Origin: Octopus vulgaris
Lineage: Eukaryota
Assembly (NCBI GenBank): GCA_951406725.2
Contig: CATOCA020000059.1
Coordinates: forward strand, 1-10,597
Length of the DNA: 10,597 nucleotides
Direction of reading: 5' to 3'
Shown here: one piece after another, positions 9,058 through 10,597 of the stretch
Position numbering within the stretch: position 1 is the first letter of the stretch
Layout of the letters: each line of letters opens with the position of its first letter
Position numbers and translations under genes: made by a program
The notes under the pieces: generated by a model
Database searches by the model: none
What the model saw: the letters and a program-made list of their open reading frames with translations, nothing else
What the model was told of the DNA's origin: nothing

Positions 9058-9261
9058 CTGGCACCTGTGCGGGTGGCACGTAAAAAGCACCCACTACACT
9101 CACGGAGTGGTTGACGTTAGGAAGGGCATCCAGCCATAGAAACACTGCCAGATCTGACTGGGCCTGATGAAGCCTTCCAGCTTCACAGACCCCAGTTGAA
9201 CCGTCCAACCCATGCTAGCATGGAGAATGGACGCTAAATGATGATGATAATGATGATGATG
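9058..9261 (+). mobile_element. Family-C retroposon copy with (ATG)n tail
   Basis: ggtggcacgtaaaaagcacc...ggagtggttgacgttaggaagggcatccagcc...ccgtccaacccatgctagcatggagaatggacgctaaatgatgatg. 9097-9139 matches the reverse complement of 7706-7748 at 41/43. Confidence 0.85.
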
Positions 9262-9399
9262 CCATATACATCTATAGTATGTCAGTATGAAAGAGCCTGT
9301 ACCCCATCCTCCAATCTATAATCATCAACTATATCTATACCGGAATTCAGCATAAGTTGCCAACTCCAGAGAGCTCCAGTTACCAAATCATTGTTTCCC

Positions 9400-9560
9400 A
9401 ATTTTTCAAAACCATTTTTGCCATGTTGGCACTGGTTGAGAAGTCTACCTTAAATCATATTGCCATTTCTCTTAGTCCCATGTTGTTGTGTTTGAGATCT
9501 TACAGGACACTTTTTCACCAGGTATTTATCATTCCTTCACATTATATGTGTCTATATCAG
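9400..9560 (-). mobile_element. Possible highly decayed 3' end of an RTE-like LINE
   Basis: Minus strand ...ACCTGGTGAAAAAGTGTCCTGTAAGATCTC...AAATGGC...CTCAACCAGTGCCAACATGGCAAAAATGG weakly resembles the family-C tail CCAACCCATGCTAGCATGGAGAATGG, preceded by a decayed TW...DL...W-like ORF end. Confidence 0.3.
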
Positions 9561-10597
9561 CTCAATTATATCCCCATATTAGCTGATGTCCTTAACGTTG
9601 GTGGCACCTGCAGCTCATTTGTGTTCCACCATCCCTATTAGTTAACATAGCACATCCAACAGACCATAACTGAGTAATTTCTTTCCAGTCTTTGGAAATA
9701 TTCCATATTCAATGTCTACGTCTCACTAACGTGCATCACTACATTTCTTAGAAAAGCTTTGATGCCATCAGATGTTAGCTATTAATTGTACACTTTTCAT
9801 TGCAGCCAGACTGACCAAATCAGTTGTGAGTTTTATGTCCTGGCCTTGAATAAGATGCAGCTGCAATAGGTGAGGTATGGACTATCAAGTCCACTTTTGC
9901 CGGTAACAGTATTAATGCTTTATTAATTCAATGTTCTGTCTTGATAATATAGAAATTCAGATTCACTGTGTAAGACAGAAATACACACAAAAAAAAAAAC
10001 ATTCACTAGAGAGACAGATAAAATAAGTGGAGAAGGGTGTGCAATGTCTGTTTTGGCAGCAATCTTGAAACTCAACGAGGCAAATCTTATGCCACAAATT
10101 AGCTTAGATAAGAGCAATCGCTGAGAGAGAAGAGATATTTGTAAATAGAGTAAGAGATACAGAGAATTAAGATTCTCCAAAGGTAACAACTTTTGATTAA
10201 TTTACTGCCAAAAGATCAAAAGTCCACAAAGCAAAACATATGTAACAAAATTCTATCTTCTATGAAATAAAAAAAGTGTTCATTACGTTTATCAGAAAAT
10301 CACCTTTGCTTCTTGAAAGCAATGAGGTTCGTTAATTTAATATCAAGGAAAAAGTAACAGAAGTTGATTTACATTATTCTTGAATATCTTCCAAAGTAAA
10401 AGTGCACAAAAACTAATAGCTAGATTTCTAAACAAAATATTATCATTAATTATATATACAAAAAAATTGTTTATATTATTTTTAAAAGAATCTGAGAGTT
10501 ATAACCACAAGAGAGAATATGTAGAACTAACAACAGACAAACAGTAACAGTTTCAACTTAATTGGGTTTCGTCAGATCCAATGCACTCAAACCATAT

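Noticed and set aside
8188-9208. Six overlapping 218-300 aa ORFs (Gly/Ile-, Pro/Ile-, Thr/Asn-, Trp/Tyr-, Val/Leu- and His/Gln/Tyr-rich), superficially like glycine-rich structural proteins or mucins
   Set aside because: All derive from a stop-free minisatellite with almost no synonymous variation (Gly nearly always GGT/GGG, Ile always ATT), open in every frame, inside an intron.
9923-10189. 88 aa minus-strand ORF and other short ORFs (929-1126, 2694-3075, 6978-7187, 9357-9641)
   Set aside because: No recognisable motifs, most start at non-ATG codons, and their lengths are expected by chance.
10302-10345. Possible upstream KLHL8 exon ending GAAGCAAAG|GTGATT on the minus strand
   Set aside because: The translation (EPHCFQEAK) does not match the expected BACK-kelch linker (...PRK.xAG), and in that frame it would be phase 0, incompatible with the phase-1 acceptor at 3785.

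Overview
AT-rich, repeat-dense eukaryotic (animal) genomic DNA. The SINE and microsatellite complement resembles octopus/coleoid cephalopod genomes (inference from recalled repeat sequences, not a search). The window lies inside a minus-strand spliced gene: three exons (3785-3642, 1397-1286, 905-737) have canonical AG/GT boundaries, splice in frame, and encode the first three kelch repeats of a KLHL8-like BTB-BACK-kelch protein. The rest is intronic. It holds about a dozen copies of one tRNA-derived SINE family (nearly all sense to the gene), two copies plus a fragment of a CORE-like SINE, two copies of an (ATG)n-tailed retroposon, a decayed RTE-type LINE endonuclease, long (AT)n and (GAA)n microsatellites and a ~600 bp G-rich GGT/ATT minisatellite. 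Most long ORFs in the supplied track are artefacts of simple repeats. I see no convincing novel protein-coding system. The best leads are a GC-rich ~1.45 kb composite insertion flanked by (TA)n, three inverted SINE pairs that could form pre-mRNA dsRNA (editing or circRNA candidates), and microsatellites arising inside transposon copies.
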